A stretch of DNA of 60,209 nucleotides, filler included, from Squatina squatina (lineage: Eukaryota), in assembly GCA_031763465.1 (NCBI GenBank). It is 3 parts of 3 records of this genome, joined end to end, with 100 filler letters (N's around TTAATTAATTAA, not from the genome) between each part and the next. Parts side by side here need not be neighbours in the genome. Positions count along the whole stretch, not along the records: positions 32,810 to 60,209 come from JARFOE010000013.1; 2 more parts are not named here. One strand, 5' to 3'. The notes beneath the pieces were generated by a model. The model had not been told where the DNA came from, did not search any database, and saw nothing but the letters and a program-made list of their open reading frames with translations. This document shows positions 37,501-51,030 of the stretch, piece by piece. Position 1 is the first letter of the stretch, and the number at the start of each line of letters is the position of its first letter. A program made the position numbers and the translations under genes.

Positions 37501-39229
37501 TCCCAATAGTTGATGCAATATAAGACTGTAGCCGTTAAGTGTGACCTTAATCAATGATGATTTCTGAGGAACCACTAATAGTATACCTCAGTAATGAGAA
37601 ATTGATTTGTTGGCACTGCCGAGGTTTTCCTATAGCTGCTTCAAACTTTCTGCACTAGTTAGATCTTGAGAGGCTTATGTTTTTTTCTGTGGATCCCTTG
37701 TGATGAAAATAGCTTACTTCCTTTGCGCAGGCCAAAATAGTTTGTGTTAACACACTTAATAAAAGTCAACCAACATTGTGAGTCTGCCGGTTGATCTTTG
37801 CCTTACCAACATAGACAGCGGGCAGCGTTCGGAGCGGGCAGCTGAGTGAAGGGGAACAGAGTGANNNNNNNNNNNNNNNNNNNNNNNNNNNNNNNNNNNN
37901 NNNNNNNNNNNNNNNNNNNNNNNNNNNNNNNNNNNNNNNNNNNNNNNNNNNNNNNNNNNNNNNNCATTTCTCCTTTTAAAACTGTCTTTAGTCCAGATAG
38001 CGAAACTGGGATTGGAAACTGTGCTATGCCTGTGTTCGAACTTTTTGTAGGCTATTAATGGCCTTTCCTTTGCTTCCACAGCCACCAGCAAGTTCTTCAG
38101 TGCAGCCTGTGCTCCAGGGGCAGGTATCTCCTTCCCCAACCTTTGCGTGCTCTGCCAAGGCAAGAAATCCTACAACAGAGACAGAAATTATTTCTGTGAA
38201 ACCACACAACTGGAATATTAAACATTTATTGGAGCTTGATCTCATTTACTGTTTATCAAAACTGTCTCATTTACAAGACTGCAAGAGGACAATTACTCTG
38301 GAAGTTCAGAATTGATTCAATTATATTTTACAACTGTACAATTTTCAGAAAATTGTGGGGGATAAAGTGCTATTTAAGATTGAAGGAATATTTGGTATAT
38401 GTAGATAAGTTATACTTAGGTGTATGGGATTCCTTTACTTGAATCTTAGGCATGATCTTCTGTATTGTTTCACCTGCATAAATTATTATGACCATGAGTA
38501 TTCTTAAATGATAGCTTTGGTGTCAGCATCTGACATGACACTGCAACAAAGCAGAATGAGACTCATTCCATATCGCTTTGGAATCAGTTTGGTCAGCGAC
38601 ATCTAATTTGCACTCCAAGTTTGTGGAATGTGAATGCACGATAGAAGTAGGCTGCAAATTTAGTAAATGCACCTGATAGTTTGGAGAAAGGCTGTCAGCT
38701 TTCTGAGTTGCTGTGTAAGATGAACTTAATAAAAAAAAAATCAATGAATGTGTTTTTCTGGTAGAAAGATAAAGCTGTCTGCCCTTTAACTTCCATCAGA
38801 TGTCATTCTTTGAAATTTATTAATTATATAGCGGCATCCCTCTTCTAGTTACAGAAGGGATTCTTGGGAGTATAGTGGGTGTCTGATTTAGATTAACTTA
38901 TCAACAGCTGTCTGCTTCTTCTGCTGCTCTCTGTAATGATAGTATCTTGTTGAAGTGCTCATATAGTGGATCAGCAGATTGCTGACAGATTTATAGGGAA
39001 CAGATGTAAGAAGCTAACAGTTATGTTGAGCTCAATGGCAGATTTCAATTTGTACATGAAATTAATGATCAGTTTATATGAAATTTTGAGGTTATTTTTC
39101 TTTCAATTTGTAGAAAAATATAGCAGAGATGTATGCTTATTGTGCAAGCTTTTTAAGAAACTTTTGTGCATGCTGAGGAGAATATCATTCTTTGATTATA
39201 TACAGTTGGAATATTTTATAAGATCAAAT

Positions 39230-39400
39230 GATCAGGTGATATGGACACTTATTTCATTGCTGTTTGTGGGAGCTTGCTGTGCACAAATTGGCTGCTGTGC
39301 TTCCTACATAAAACAGTGATGAGAATTCAAAAGTACTTTATTGGGTATAAAGCAGTTTGGGACGTCATGAGGTTGTGAAAGGCACTATATAAATATAAGT
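39230..39400 (+). mobile_element. 3' fragment of the same SINE
   Basis: TTGCTGTTTGTGGGAGCTTGCTGTGCACAAATTGGCTG...GAAAGGCACTATATAAAT matches 34409-34550. Confidence 0.8.
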
Positions 39401-39716
39401 TAAAATATATCTGCATCTGTGCCACAAGTGAATATTAGTTTTATATATCTAATTCTTTCTTACCCTGTGTGGCAATGTTGTTCCATAGTACTTGTAATGT
39501 TTCTTTTTTTTTTGTTAAGAAATAGTGAAACCTCACTGAGACCAAGGGCTCATTTGAATTGGATCTGTCCCTTGTTGAACACCCAGCTATTTTTTCACTC
39601 TGATAGGGACATCCTGNNNNNNNNNNNNNNNNNNNNNNNNNNNNNNNNNNNNNNNNNNNNNNNNNNNNNNNNNNNNNNNNNNNNNNNNNNNNNNNNNNNN
39701 NNNNNNNNNNNNNNNN

Positions 39717-40565
39717 ACTCAGGGAGGAGCTCTTCAGCCACTGGCAGAAGACGGTTGAGGAGGATCCTTGCGATGACCTTCCCTGTGGCAGACAGCAGGG
39801 AGACCCCTCTGCAGTTACTGCAATTGGACTTGTCTCCTTTCTTAAAGATGGTAACGATTATGGCATCTCTGAGATCACCTGGCGTGCTCTCCTCCTCCCA
39901 AATACAGGAGATGAGTTCATGGATTCACGCCGTGAGTGCCTCTCCACTGTATTTTAGTATTTTGGCAGGGATTCCGTCTGCGCCGGAGGCCTTGTTGTCT
40001 TTCAGCTATCCAATGGCCTTGATGACCTCAGGTAGGGCAGGCATTGTGCTGAGGTGGTGGCGAGTAGGATGTTGTGGGATCGGAGGTTGAGGGCCGAGTC
40101 TTGGTTGAGGAGTCCCTCGAAGTGCTCCTTCCAGCGGGCGCTGACTGCCCATCTATTCTTAATGAGCACGACACTGTTCTTCGCTCTCAGTGGAGTGGGT
40201 TCTTGGGTGCTTGGGCCGTAGATGGTCTTAACTGCCCCGAAAAAACCCTGCATGTCGGCAAGTTGTTGGATCTCCTGCGCTCTTTAGACCTACTATCTAT
40301 TCTTTAGGTCCAGAGTTTTAAGTTGGACCTCAGCCTTCGTTTCCCTGTAGACCTGTTTACAATCCCTTGAGTTTTGGTGGTGCTTCCAGTTCAGGAAAGC
40401 CTTGCGCTTGTGGTTAAGCAGTTCCTGGATCTCCTGGTCGTTCTCGTCAAATCAGTTTTAATGTTTCCTGGAAGAGGGACCGAGAGTCTCCTCACAGGTG
40501 CTGGTGATCGTTGACTTGAGGGCTGACCACACACTGAGGACATTCTGTGGCTGTGGCTCTAAATC
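39717..40565 (-). mobile_element. RTE-clade LINE fragment (copy 1)
   Basis: Frameshifted peptides WSALKSTITSTCEETLG..RKH and FFGAVKTIYGPSTQEPTPLRAKN..ARWKEHFEGLLNQDS, extending into the start of the RT region. Confidence 0.85.
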
Positions 40566-40665
40566 NNNNNNNNNNNNNNNNNNNNNNNNNNNNNNNNNNN
40601 NNNNNNNNNNNNNNNNNNNNNNNNNNNNNNNNNNNNNNNNNNNNNNNNNNNNNNNNNNNNNNNNN

Positions 40666-41173
40666 TGAGGTGGTGGAGTCGAGGGCTCGAGCATCGAGGG
40701 CCGAGTCTTGGTTGAGGAGTTCCTTGAAGTGCTCCTTCCAGCGGGCGCTGACTGCCTCTCTATTTTTAATGAGCACAACAACCATTCTTCGCTCTCAGTA
40801 GAGTGGGTCCTTGGGTGCTTGGGCCGCAGGTGGTCTTGGCTGCCCTGAACAAACCCTGCATGTCATTGCTGTCGGCAAATTGTTGGATCTCCCGCGCTCT
40901 TTCGACCCACCATCTATTCTTTACGTCCCAGGTTTTAAGTTGGACCTCAGCCTTCATTTGCCTGTTTACAATCCCTTGAGTTTTGGTGGTGCTTCCAGTT
41001 CAGGATTGCCTTGGACTTGTAGTTAAGCAGTTCCTGGATCTCCTGGTCATTCTCGTCAAACCAGTCTTGATGTTTCCTGGAAGAGAGACTGAGAGTCTCC
41101 TCGCAGGTGCTGGTGATCGTTGACTTAAGGGCGGACCACACACTGTGTGCACTCTGTGGCTCTAAATCATTGA
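40666..41173 (-). mobile_element. RTE-clade LINE fragment (copy 2)
   Basis: Encodes RKHQDWFDENDQEIQELL, KNRWWVERAREIQQFADSNDM and ARWKEHFKELLNQDS. Confidence 0.85.
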
Positions 41174-41273
41174 NNNNNNNNNNNNNNNNNNNNNNNNNNN
41201 NNNNNNNNNNNNNNNNNNNNNNNNNNNNNNNNNNNNNNNNNNNNNNNNNNNNNNNNNNNNNNNNNNNNNNNNN

Positions 41274-41650
41274 TGGAAGGAATGTTTGGGGCCCTGGACA
41301 GTGGGAAGGGAGGAGGTAAAAGGACAGGTGTAGCATCTCCTGCGCTTGCATGGGAAGGTGCCGTGGGAAGGGGAGGGGGAGCTAGGGGTGATGGAGGTGT
41401 GGACCAGAGTGTCGCGGAGGGAGCGGTCCCTTTGGAATGCTGAAAGGGGAGGGAAAGGTGTGTTTGGCAGTGGGATCACGCTGGAGGTGGCGAAAATGGC
41501 GGCAGATGATCCGTTGAACGTGGAGGCTGGTAGGGTGAAAGGTGAGGACAAGGGGAATCTTATCGTGGTTCTGGGAGGGAGGAGAAGGGTGAGAACAGAA
41601 GTGCTGGAAATAGAACAAACACGATAGAGGGGAATCCTCAGTTGAGGAAA
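41274..41650 (-). mobile_element. Penelope-like retroelement fragment (region leading into the GIY-YIG endonuclease)
   Basis: Encodes KIPLVLTFHPTSLHVQRIICRHFRHLQRDPT and AFQRDRSLRDTLVH...GTFPCKRRRCYTCPFTSSLPTVQGPK. Confidence 0.8.
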
Positions 41651-42004
41651 AACACAGTAGATGTTTGACTGCAGAGGCCTCACATGTGGCCCAATTCTAT
41701 CCTAGCCCCAATACTCAAGCAGAAGCACATGTGATTTATTATATAGCAATGAAAAACACAGTCTGGCTGATTTCTTTTTTCTCCCCTCTCCTTAAGGCAA
41801 GGGTGCTGGGGCCAATTGAAGCATCTATACTTTTGTCTTACCTAAGATTAGCTCAGTCTATATTGTATCTGAAATGTTGCTACACTGAACGCCTCTGTTG
41901 CAATGCATCAATGGAATCCTTGATGAAAATATTTGAACTTATTCAGTACTGCAGAATTTTACAGCTTTCTAATATGTTATTGCTACATTTAAGTTTTGGA
42001 GTAC

Positions 42005-42668
42005 AAATTTCGGCAGGGATTCTGCCTGCGCTGGAGGCCTTGTTTCTCAGCTGCCCGATGGATTTTACGACCTTGTGTTGGGCAGGGTTTGTGCTGAGGT
42101 GGTGGCAGGTAGGATGTTGTGGGACGGAATCGAGGGCTTGGGCGTCGAAGACCGAGTCTTGGTCGAAGAGTTCCTTGAAGTGCTCCTTCCAGCGGGCTCT
42201 GACTGCCTCTCTGTCCTTGATGAGCACGTCTTCGTTCTTAGCTCTCAGCGGGGTAGGTCCTTAGGTGTTTGGGCCGTAGATGGTCTTGACTGGCTGAAGA
42301 ATCCACGCACGTCGTTGTTGTCGGCGAGTTGTTGGATCTCCTGCGCTCTTTCAACCCACCATCTATTCTTTAGGTCCTGAGATTTTTGTTGGACCTCGGC
42401 CTTCATTTGTCTGTAGACCTGTTTTCTTTCCGTCGAGCTTTGGTGGTGCTTCCAGTTCAGGAATGCCTTGCGTTTGCGGTTTAGTAGCTCCTGAATCTCC
42501 TGGTCATTCTCGTCAAACCAATCTTGATGTTTCCTGGTAGAGAGACCAAGAGTGTCCTCGCAAGTGCTGGTGATCGTAGACTTGAGGGTGGACCACACCG
42601 ATTCGTTGAGCGTGGCCAGGCTTGTTGTGAGGCGTTGGCTGAGTAGTGGGGCTTTCTTCGCAGGATCT
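42005..42668 (-). mobile_element. RTE-clade LINE fragment (copy 3)
   Basis: Encodes LGLSTRKHQDWFDENDQEIQELLNRKRKAFLNWK...ARWKEHFKELFDQDS...QLRNKASSAGRIPAE. Confidence 0.85.
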
Positions 42669-44542
42669 NNNNNNNNNNNNNNNNNNNNNNNNNNNNNNNN
42701 NNNNNNNNNNNNNNNNNNNNNNNNNNNNNNNNNNNNNNNNNNNNNNNNNNNNNNNNNNNNNNNNNNNNGGAAAATAGTTAAAAAAAAATAACTAAAGTCC
42801 ACTTATTATAGTATTCTGCTCACGACTGTCCATATACCTTTATCCACCTAGCCACCCTGGAGAAGCATTTCATATGGTTGTGAGTTACACTTGACATAGT
42901 GCATGCCAGAATGGTAAGAAATGGCCTGCAAAATGTCCCCACCCCAAAATGAATACTTAACTTTAATTCCTACTTGCTTGAGAATGGTATTTCTGCTAAT
43001 TCCCAGAAATAATGCCGGAAACAATGGTGGCCGCTAAAGTTGACAGCAATCCAGCGAATTGGTCCTCCACCTTATTTTCCACTGCAATTAGCTGATTAGC
43101 ATGGAAGGTTGGGTGGAGGTCAGTAGAAAATCTATCTCATAGTTTCAAAATAAAGCCATGCTCCCCTCACACCAAAAAAAAAAGATTTGTAATGAATTAT
43201 CACATTGAAATAAGCAATTTACACAAGACTGGCTACAGATGAAGGAGTCCAGACAGTTAGCACTTGTCAGTGGAGCCATTTCTTGAACATCATGGTCAAC
43301 CTACCCAGGAGACAATAGAAACCTTTGTTGTTAACAGTGACGTATGCCATTGGATTGACAGTACCTTTATCTCTACATGTCGTGAGCTAACCATACAGGA
43401 GCAACCATCAGTAACATACAATTGTTGCTGTCTAACCAATTGTTTCTCTGCACTTTACAATAAATGAACCTGTCAGGCTTTCAGAATAGTGCCTCAGTAA
43501 CTTCTTTGATGGGGTAAACAGACTGCCTTGACCAATCCAGCTGTAATTCTTCCAGGTGCTAAGACATTGTAGTATTCATATAATTAATGACTGCTGTCAC
43601 TTTAAAAGCCATAAGCAGAGCAGTTGAAGTCAGGGTTATTCCAAGTGTGGTGCCAGCATTTCACAAAGCTCTGAGATTCCCTTCCTAGTGAGCCTCAATT
43701 TCCCAATATATTGCTGTTCTGATAGTTCAAGGTAATTCATTCAAGGCATTAATTCCTCCACTTCTGTCTGATTCTCCATCCTAGAAATTCAAGGGTTTAG
43801 TGCTGGCTGTTAAGGCTCATGCTGAAGGAAAAATGGCGGGCGCCTTGCTTCTGCCCACTTCCAGTGGATCCCGTGGCGGCCGCCATTTTGGGCAGGTCAG
43901 CAGCACTGCCAATGCCAGCGCTTGCTGTAGATATTTAGATTGGGCAGATCGTAATGTCAGTGAGTGTGCAATGCTCACTTGGTGCCCGATCTGCCATTTT
44001 CATCATTGCCGCTCCACTTGCCAGCCTGTGTTAATCACGACCAGCTGACCAAGCCTTCCGCAGCAGGAAAGAGCCTCCAGTATCATCAACAACTTGGAAC
44101 TGACATGGTTTCTCAGACTGACTGGCTCTGTATAACTTTCTGCAACTCTTGCAGCTTTCTAAACTTCTTTCAAGTTCCTGAGTTGACAGGNNNNNNNNNN
44201 NNNNNNNNNNNNNNNNNNNNNNNNNNNNNNNNNNNNNNNNNNNNNNNNNNNNNNNNNNNNNNNNNNNNNNNNNNNNNNNNNNNNNNNNNNCATTGTTGAA
44301 AATATGCTGTATTTGGTTCATCGCAGACAGAAATTGATTATTTCCAGCAACAGATACTTAGGATGCTAAATAATATAACATTGTCAGCATAAGTATAAAT
44401 TGTGACTGGCAGCTGTAACTTTCTGTATTTAAAAATCATAGAGAAAAAAATCTTTCTATATTTTTGTTAAGGTAGGCGAATTAGATCTCATGTTTGATTT
44501 TGGAAGTGATGGATTAGGATTAGCATTACAATACAATACAAT

Positions 44543-45030
44543 GGGGCAATTTTAACCCAGAGTGGGATTAGTGCATGGGGCAGGGTGGGGTCAGCGAGGC
44601 GAAGCAGCCGGCAGCCATTTTGATTTGCTGGGCCTCATTATAAAATGACTGGCAGGCTGGCTGGCCAATAACAATGGCAACAGGCCACCCACCCAGCTTT
44701 ATCGCACAACTTCCGGTTCACGAGTTAGGATATTTAAAAGGTGAAGGCACCCCTGGAATGGAGGTCCTATTTACTGAGTTCATTATTCTTCCCATCTCCA
44801 TTTCTGGAACATGGCTGGAAGGAGGGGGAGAGATGCCAGGTTTTTGATGCCTCCTTGGGAGGTGTTGCTGGCAATGGTCAGAGACAGAATGAATGCTTTT
44901 CCCACAAGGGGGAAGAAGGTGCCTAACAGCCTCTTTAAAAAAAGCATGGTCAGAGTTGGCAGAGGAAGTAAGCAACAGGAGCATCACCCCAAGATCTGGA
45001 TCCAGTTTAGGAAGAAGTTTAATGACCTCA
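44543..45030 (+). mobile_element. Harbinger/PIF transposon relic with a frameshifted Myb/SANT-like ORF
   Basis: Terminus GGGGCAATTTTAAC. Joining frames over 44811-45030 gives EVLLAMVRDR / LFPQGGRR...LKKAWSELAEEVSNRSITPR / WIQFRKKFNDL, the MSANTD/NAIF1-type signature. Confidence 0.75.
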
Positions 45031-45130
45031 NNNNNNNNNNNNNNNNNNNNNNNNNNNNNNNNNNNNNNNNNNNNNNNNNNNNNNNNNNNNNNNNNNNNNN
45101 NNNNNNNNNNNNNNNNNNNNNNNNNNNNNN

Positions 45131-45333
45131 CAGGAAGCTGTTGAGGCCAGTTCATTAGCTATATTCAAAAGGGAATTAGATGTGGCCCTTACGGCTAAAG
45201 GGATCAGTGGGTATGGAGAGAAAGCAGGTACGGGGTGCTGAGTTGCATGATCAGCCATGATCATATTGAATGGCGGTGCAGGCTTGAGGGGCCGAATGGC
45301 CTACTTCTGCACCTATTTTCTATGTTTCTATGT
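45131..45333 (+). mobile_element. CR1 LINE 3' end
   Basis: GATCAGCCATGATCATATTGAATGGCGGTGCAGGCTTGAGGGGCCGAATGGCCTACTTCTGCACCTATTTTCTATGTTTCTATG. Confidence 0.85.
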
Positions 45334-47387
45334 CCTTACAGAGATGGCACAGCTCTAAAGTAGGTCCTCTTATTCATTGCCAGGTTGGTTCTGCCAGGAT
45401 TTGCAGATGTGGTTGGTGGCATAATGGTGAGTCTTGCTCTTGTGCCAGCTGATCTCCTTGGCAAGCCTTCTTTCACATTCTTTGTCTACGTAATATTGAC
45501 TGTATTTCAAAATACCCCTTTAAAATATAGCTGTGGAGCTTTAAGAGTTTCTTCCCCCATGTGCATTACTGCTGCTGCCCATTAAGGCCCAACTTTCAAT
45601 GGGCAGAGTCAACACTGAGCAGGATTTGTACTTGAAACATGGAAAATCTAGGGCTGCACTGCACTGCACTGACATAGACTTTGCACCTGTAATAAAGCTC
45701 TCACACATTGTGTTGGAGCAAAGGATGCTAGCGAGCAACGCAAAGCAGAAATAGCACTGTGTACATTACTAGCAACACTAACAGTCATTTCCAGGTTTAT
45801 ATGTACTGCAGTAGACATGAATGCCCCTGGGCTCGGGAGAGAAAAACTGGACAGGGCCCCGGCTCTTTATTAACATTGGAAAGTGCATGTGTAAGAAGAT
45901 AGGGTGAGTTCAGAATCCGGATGGGGGGCGGGGGATGATCCATGTTTGACTCGCCTCCTCATTATCTAGTTTGAGACATTAAGAATAAGGTATAGAATAC
46001 CTGAGGATAGTTGGCACCTGCTGAATTGTACTACAACATGAGTCAGGAGAGGGATAAAGAAAAGGAAATTAGATAGGGGAGAAACATTATTAAGGAGCAA
46101 AGGTTTAAATTTACAAGAATCAGCATACTGCTTAAGTGTACAATATAATCTGATGCAGCACTAAAATAAGATTTCCAGCAGCGCATCCTTAGGGGTAAAG
46201 TGTCATTATTACTGTTTGTATCAGAGCTCTGACTGGCAGAAGTTTGATAAATTGTTACAGATTTAATTTAAATAAAATGCATTGAGTGCAGATCTTTTGC
46301 TTTTGTTAGAGTTTATGGTTCATGTTTCCATGCAATTTTCTCCCCTCCCTTTCTATCCTGCAGGCATTGACTCCCTGCGAGAGTAGAGACACAAGTTCAG
46401 CTCCAGTACCTCATGCCCATATTGAAAAACTGTCACTGCAAATTTTATTTTTAATAAACCACGCTTAAAAACAAATTTCCATTTTCCAGCAATTTCCATG
46501 TCACTTCAGGATCAATTCCGTGAATTTAAGATTAAGCAGCCATCTCTGTGCACTCAGGATGGATCAGGAGTGGATCCATCAATTCATAGATTGTCAGAAA
46601 AAGTAATACAATTCAAATGATATCTCAAAGAAAAGGCTTATCTCAATAACAGACTGAAAACATTTGTGTAGAAACACTGGTTTTTATATGTGTTAAGTTA
46701 AGAATTATGAAAAAAATCTAAAGTTTATTGGGCTGCACAACCAACTGGATCAATCTTTTGGTTTCGAACATACTATAAAGTGGAATGGTAGAAAACAGAT
46801 TCAGGTTCATGACCACTCAAGTGATGAGTCTTGATCTTCCTTGAGCCCTTAAAGATGAAGCACTTCTGACAGAAATGAAGTGTCAACCCACTGTTGTACA
46901 TGTCCCAGCAGCGAGTTGTAAAGCCTGGTGGCCTGAGATCAGTTGTGCGTCAGCCAGCTTAGGGTGAAGGCTCAGGCAAGTGCTGAAGACACCAGGTGCA
47001 GCCGCAATTGTCATAGGTTCAATGGCTGCTTTAAACAGTCAGCAGCTTTGGGTTGTTACAGAATCCTTCAGTTGAAATAAAATATACTAATAAACTACGT
47101 AATGAGACAAGTGCATGTATATTAAACAAATTATTGTTCTGAAATCAAGATGTCATTCTCAAAATGTGGGAGAGTTGTAAGGTTTGTCCTTTAATCAAAG
47201 CCTCAGTACTGCAGTTTTCACAGAAAGGTAGACAGGATTGTGACAATAATCCTAGATTCCAATTTAATCAGCTGAAATTTGATTTATNNNNNNNNNNNNN
47301 NNNNNNNNNNNNNNNNNNNNNNNNNNNNNNNNNNNNNNNNNNNNNNNNNNNNNNNNNNNNNNNNNNNNNNNNNNNNNNNNNNNNNNN

Positions 47388-47708
47388 GCCACCTTTTGGA
47401 TGAGATCTTAAGCAGAAGCCCGGTTTCCCCTCTCAGGTGAAAATAAAAGATCCCATTACAAAATTCAAAGAACAGCAGGGCAGTTGTGTCATATCCTAGC
47501 CAAGGTTTACTCCTCAATAAACATCATTAAAACAGATTATCGGGTCATTTATCGCATTGGTGTTTGTATATCTTGATCTGTAAAAATTGGCTGTCATGCT
47601 TCCCTACATTCCCAACAGTGATTACATTTCAAACATACTGACAGTGAGGTGCTTTCAAATGTCCCGAGGGTGCGAAAGGTGCTATATATGTGAAAGTTCT
47701 CTCTTTTT
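47388..47708 (+). mobile_element. Deu-domain SINE copy (5' end in a gap)
   Basis: Colinear with 34238-34566. Confidence 0.8.
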
Positions 47709-48410
47709 ATGCTCAGTGTGATTGTCCTCCCAACTGATAGTTTTAGATGGTTTATTTTTTACACAAGAGACCACAGGAACTCTTTCTCCTTTCTAATAAA
47801 TCACACAGTAAGGAGTTTGGCAGAAAACACATCAGAAGTAATGATGCAAGCCTCAATCTTGTCATAAGCATGTACCCTTATGACACAGGCACGTCAACAG
47901 CAATAATTTGCAGAAACCTCACATCCAGATGAATCCTTGTTTGTTTTTTTCTGTGCTCTGCTCTCCTTTAGCACAACACATTACAAGGCTCCAGTCTCAA
48001 AGTAATACTTTTATACACACAGGATCATATAAAGCTTCTTTACAATGTGCTGTAATTTGCTGCAGCAGGGCATCTAATAGCTTTTGCTCTTTGTTAGACT
48101 CTCCCTTTCACGTTTAGCTTTTGAAACATTTTTGCATGACAATTTGCTGAAAGTGCGAGCTGATAACTTTGCTGCAAGGGAAACAGGTCATCTGGGACCT
48201 TAGTTAACAGGACAAGCAACTGTGTATTTCCTTAACTAATCAGATTAAAGGATTGTGAAATAAAATGCGCAAGGACTGAGAAGGAAGTGTAGATTAAAGT
48301 GAATTCAATGACAAATCAGGTACAGAAAGAGAAATAAAGATAGGGAAAAGGAAGATTGGATTGACAGAGAGAAAAACAGAGACAGGAAGGGAAAGTAAAA
48401 AAAAAAATAT

Positions 48411-49193
48411 GGACTGTAATTTGCGTTGCGCCCTGTTTGGGGCACCAACTTCTGAATAATCGCAAAAGTATTGCTGGGCGAAAATGATTTGCGACTCCTG
48501 GGAACTTCAGCTTTAGCATTCCAAGAGGGAAGTGGAGCACTAAATCAAGTGCTACAACTTCCCTTGGAGCACTAAACCAGGCAAGAGGGGTGGTACACAC
48601 AGAGTGCTGCATAATGTCCAGTGCAGTGCAACCATATTTAGAGGCTCCTTCCCTTACTTAAAGGAAAGGGCCAATGCTGGGTTGAATCATTGTTCATGCT
48701 CTCTCTGTGGGGCCACAAGACCTGCGCAAAGTGCATAACAGGCCCAACCATTTTAAGCGAGTGGAGGGCTGAGGAATCGCACAGAAATCAGGGGTCAAAA
48801 GCAATCAGACGGCACCAGACTGGTGCGAGTAATAAAGTTTGCCTTACCTGACCACCAGTTCCTTTAAGTATCACTCCCCAAGCTGCCAGCCAAGGTGACA
48901 ACGTCTCCTGTGCCTGCCGTTGTTGATGCCCGGCGATGCTGCAGGGAGTGGGAGCGAATATCACACCCAGCGCGGTAATGGGGCGCAGTGCACCAGAGGT
49001 TGTCACGATTTATGGGGCGCAAGAGAGTGAGGTGGTAAGTGCAAGATNNNNNNNNNNNNNNNNNNNNNNNNNNNNNNNNNNNNNNNNNNNNNNNNNNNNN
49101 NNNNNNNNNNNNNNNNNNNNNNNNNNNNNNNNNNNNNNNNNNNNNNNCTGGGCAGGGACCGCTGCACCTCAGTCATGATCCAATTTCCAGGCC
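48411..49193. mobile_element. Harbinger-type MITE sequence spanning a gap
   Basis: Left GGACTGTAATTTG and right CAATTTCCAGGCC termini resemble the 32859-33518 TIRs. No matching TSD. Confidence 0.4.
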
Positions 49194-50799
49194 AGTGTGT
49201 ATCATTTCCCTGGCTGAGATTGGCTATTTCAGCACAATCTGGGGATAGACTTTGGGACCTCTGTGGTCTTTATAATTCTTCATTGTTTATTTAGCTACAC
49301 AACTATCAGAGCAACCCTTTGAAATGCCTTTCAGCTGTAGGTACATAAGGTCTTTGAGCATAAATGTACTGTTTTAAATTTCATAAATTGTGTAAAAATA
49401 TTTTCAGTCCTACAGCTGAAAACTTCAAACTTTTTGTGTTGTCATGCTGGATGATTCAGAAATTGAACAACACCACCTTTCCATCTCTAGTTTGTATAAT
49501 TCTGGCTCCTGTGTGCTAATAGCACAGGTAGTTGAAGAAGTATACCAACAATAATAATAAATTAAATCCAACATGATTGGCCTCTTCCTACCCCTTGATG
49601 TCTTGAAATCAGTCCATTCTTCACTATAAAAATAAATGTTCACTTTCAATGCAGTGTTGCTACGGACACTTTACAGCGTCATTATTGACAGATTCTGCAA
49701 AGTGCCATGTTCAATCTCCTTTCTTCCACTTCGAGCTCTAACTCCTAATCCATACATTTTGAAAGCAGGACCCCACTCAGCAGCAGGGGAGTTGAGAAAA
49801 CAGAATCTGCTTGGCACATGCTGTCAAAAAATGAACAACAATTCTCGGAGACTCCACTCACTTGCTGTTGAAAATCTTGCTGAAAGCTTCTACAGAACTG
49901 TTCAAGTATAATTATTATCTCGCTAAAGTCTTCTGTCTTAGAATCATGGAATGTTACAACTGTGAAGCAGGCCATTAGACCCATAAAGTCTGTGTATCTT
50001 ATATTTATTTGAGTGAGCAAAATGATTTTGATTGTTTAAAAAACAAATGTCAAAATCAATTCTTCAAACATGTGAAATGTCTTTGCATATTTTATGTACG
50101 TGTCCACAATGTTGTTTACAATTGCCAAAATGAATCCTATTTTCAAATAGGAATGACAAGCCAATGGATGCAATAAAAGTCTGGGCGAATGTGTTTTCCC
50201 AAATTGGAAGGTGTTTGTAATTTAGGTTCATCTCCAGTCGCAAATCACTAGAATAAACCAAAATGATTTACATTAGTTTTTCACTGTGCTAAAACAATGT
50301 ANNNNNNNNNNNNNNNNNNNNNNNNNNNNNNNNNNNNNNNNNNNNNNNNNNNNNNNNNNNNNNNNNNNNNNNNNNNNNNNNNNNNNNNNNNNNNNNNNNN
50401 NATCCACGTAGTTGCGTGAATATCCTGGACGGCTGGAGCTGGTTGCTCCATGCCTTGGAAACACAGACTGTGTGGTTCTCTTGGGGGTTGGAGCACTATC
50501 AAGGTCATTTGGAAGCCCACAGACATGCAGGCAGCCTAAAAATGAAGTCTGGACCTAGAAACCGGGTTCTATTATTTGCATGTCATCTTGTCATTTTATA
50601 TAACATTGTAGGACAGTTATATAAAATCTGATACTGTTATTAGTCAATGTAATAAAGCTTGTTATTATAAAAAAACACTCATGAGTTGAGTTATTGTTGC
50701 CAGACTAACAACCCTTTGTTACGACGGTAACCGTGGAGGAAATCTGCTAACAGTGACTTAATACACCATACTCATTATTGATGCCCATATGTAAGATTA

Positions 50800-51030
50800 T
50801 ACATTTATTACAAATGGTATTCTTCTAGCAATTATATGCATTGAGTTACACTCATTTGGCGACTCCATTATATTATGGTCAATTATTTCAGATTTAGTCC
50901 TTTTGCACAATTCTGCAGAATTTGCTATCTTTGGTATGTAGTTTACTATTCCTTTTTCAAGGTCATTAATAAAATAATACGATTTGCAGCTGCCCAAGGA
51001 CCGATGCCTGTGGGATTCCACTTGCATAGA
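50800..51030 (-). mobile_element. Old CR1 RT fragment
   Basis: Reverse strand encodes 'YFINDLEKGIVNYIPKIANSAEL', a degenerate IFINDL...ISKFADDTKL. Confidence 0.55.
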
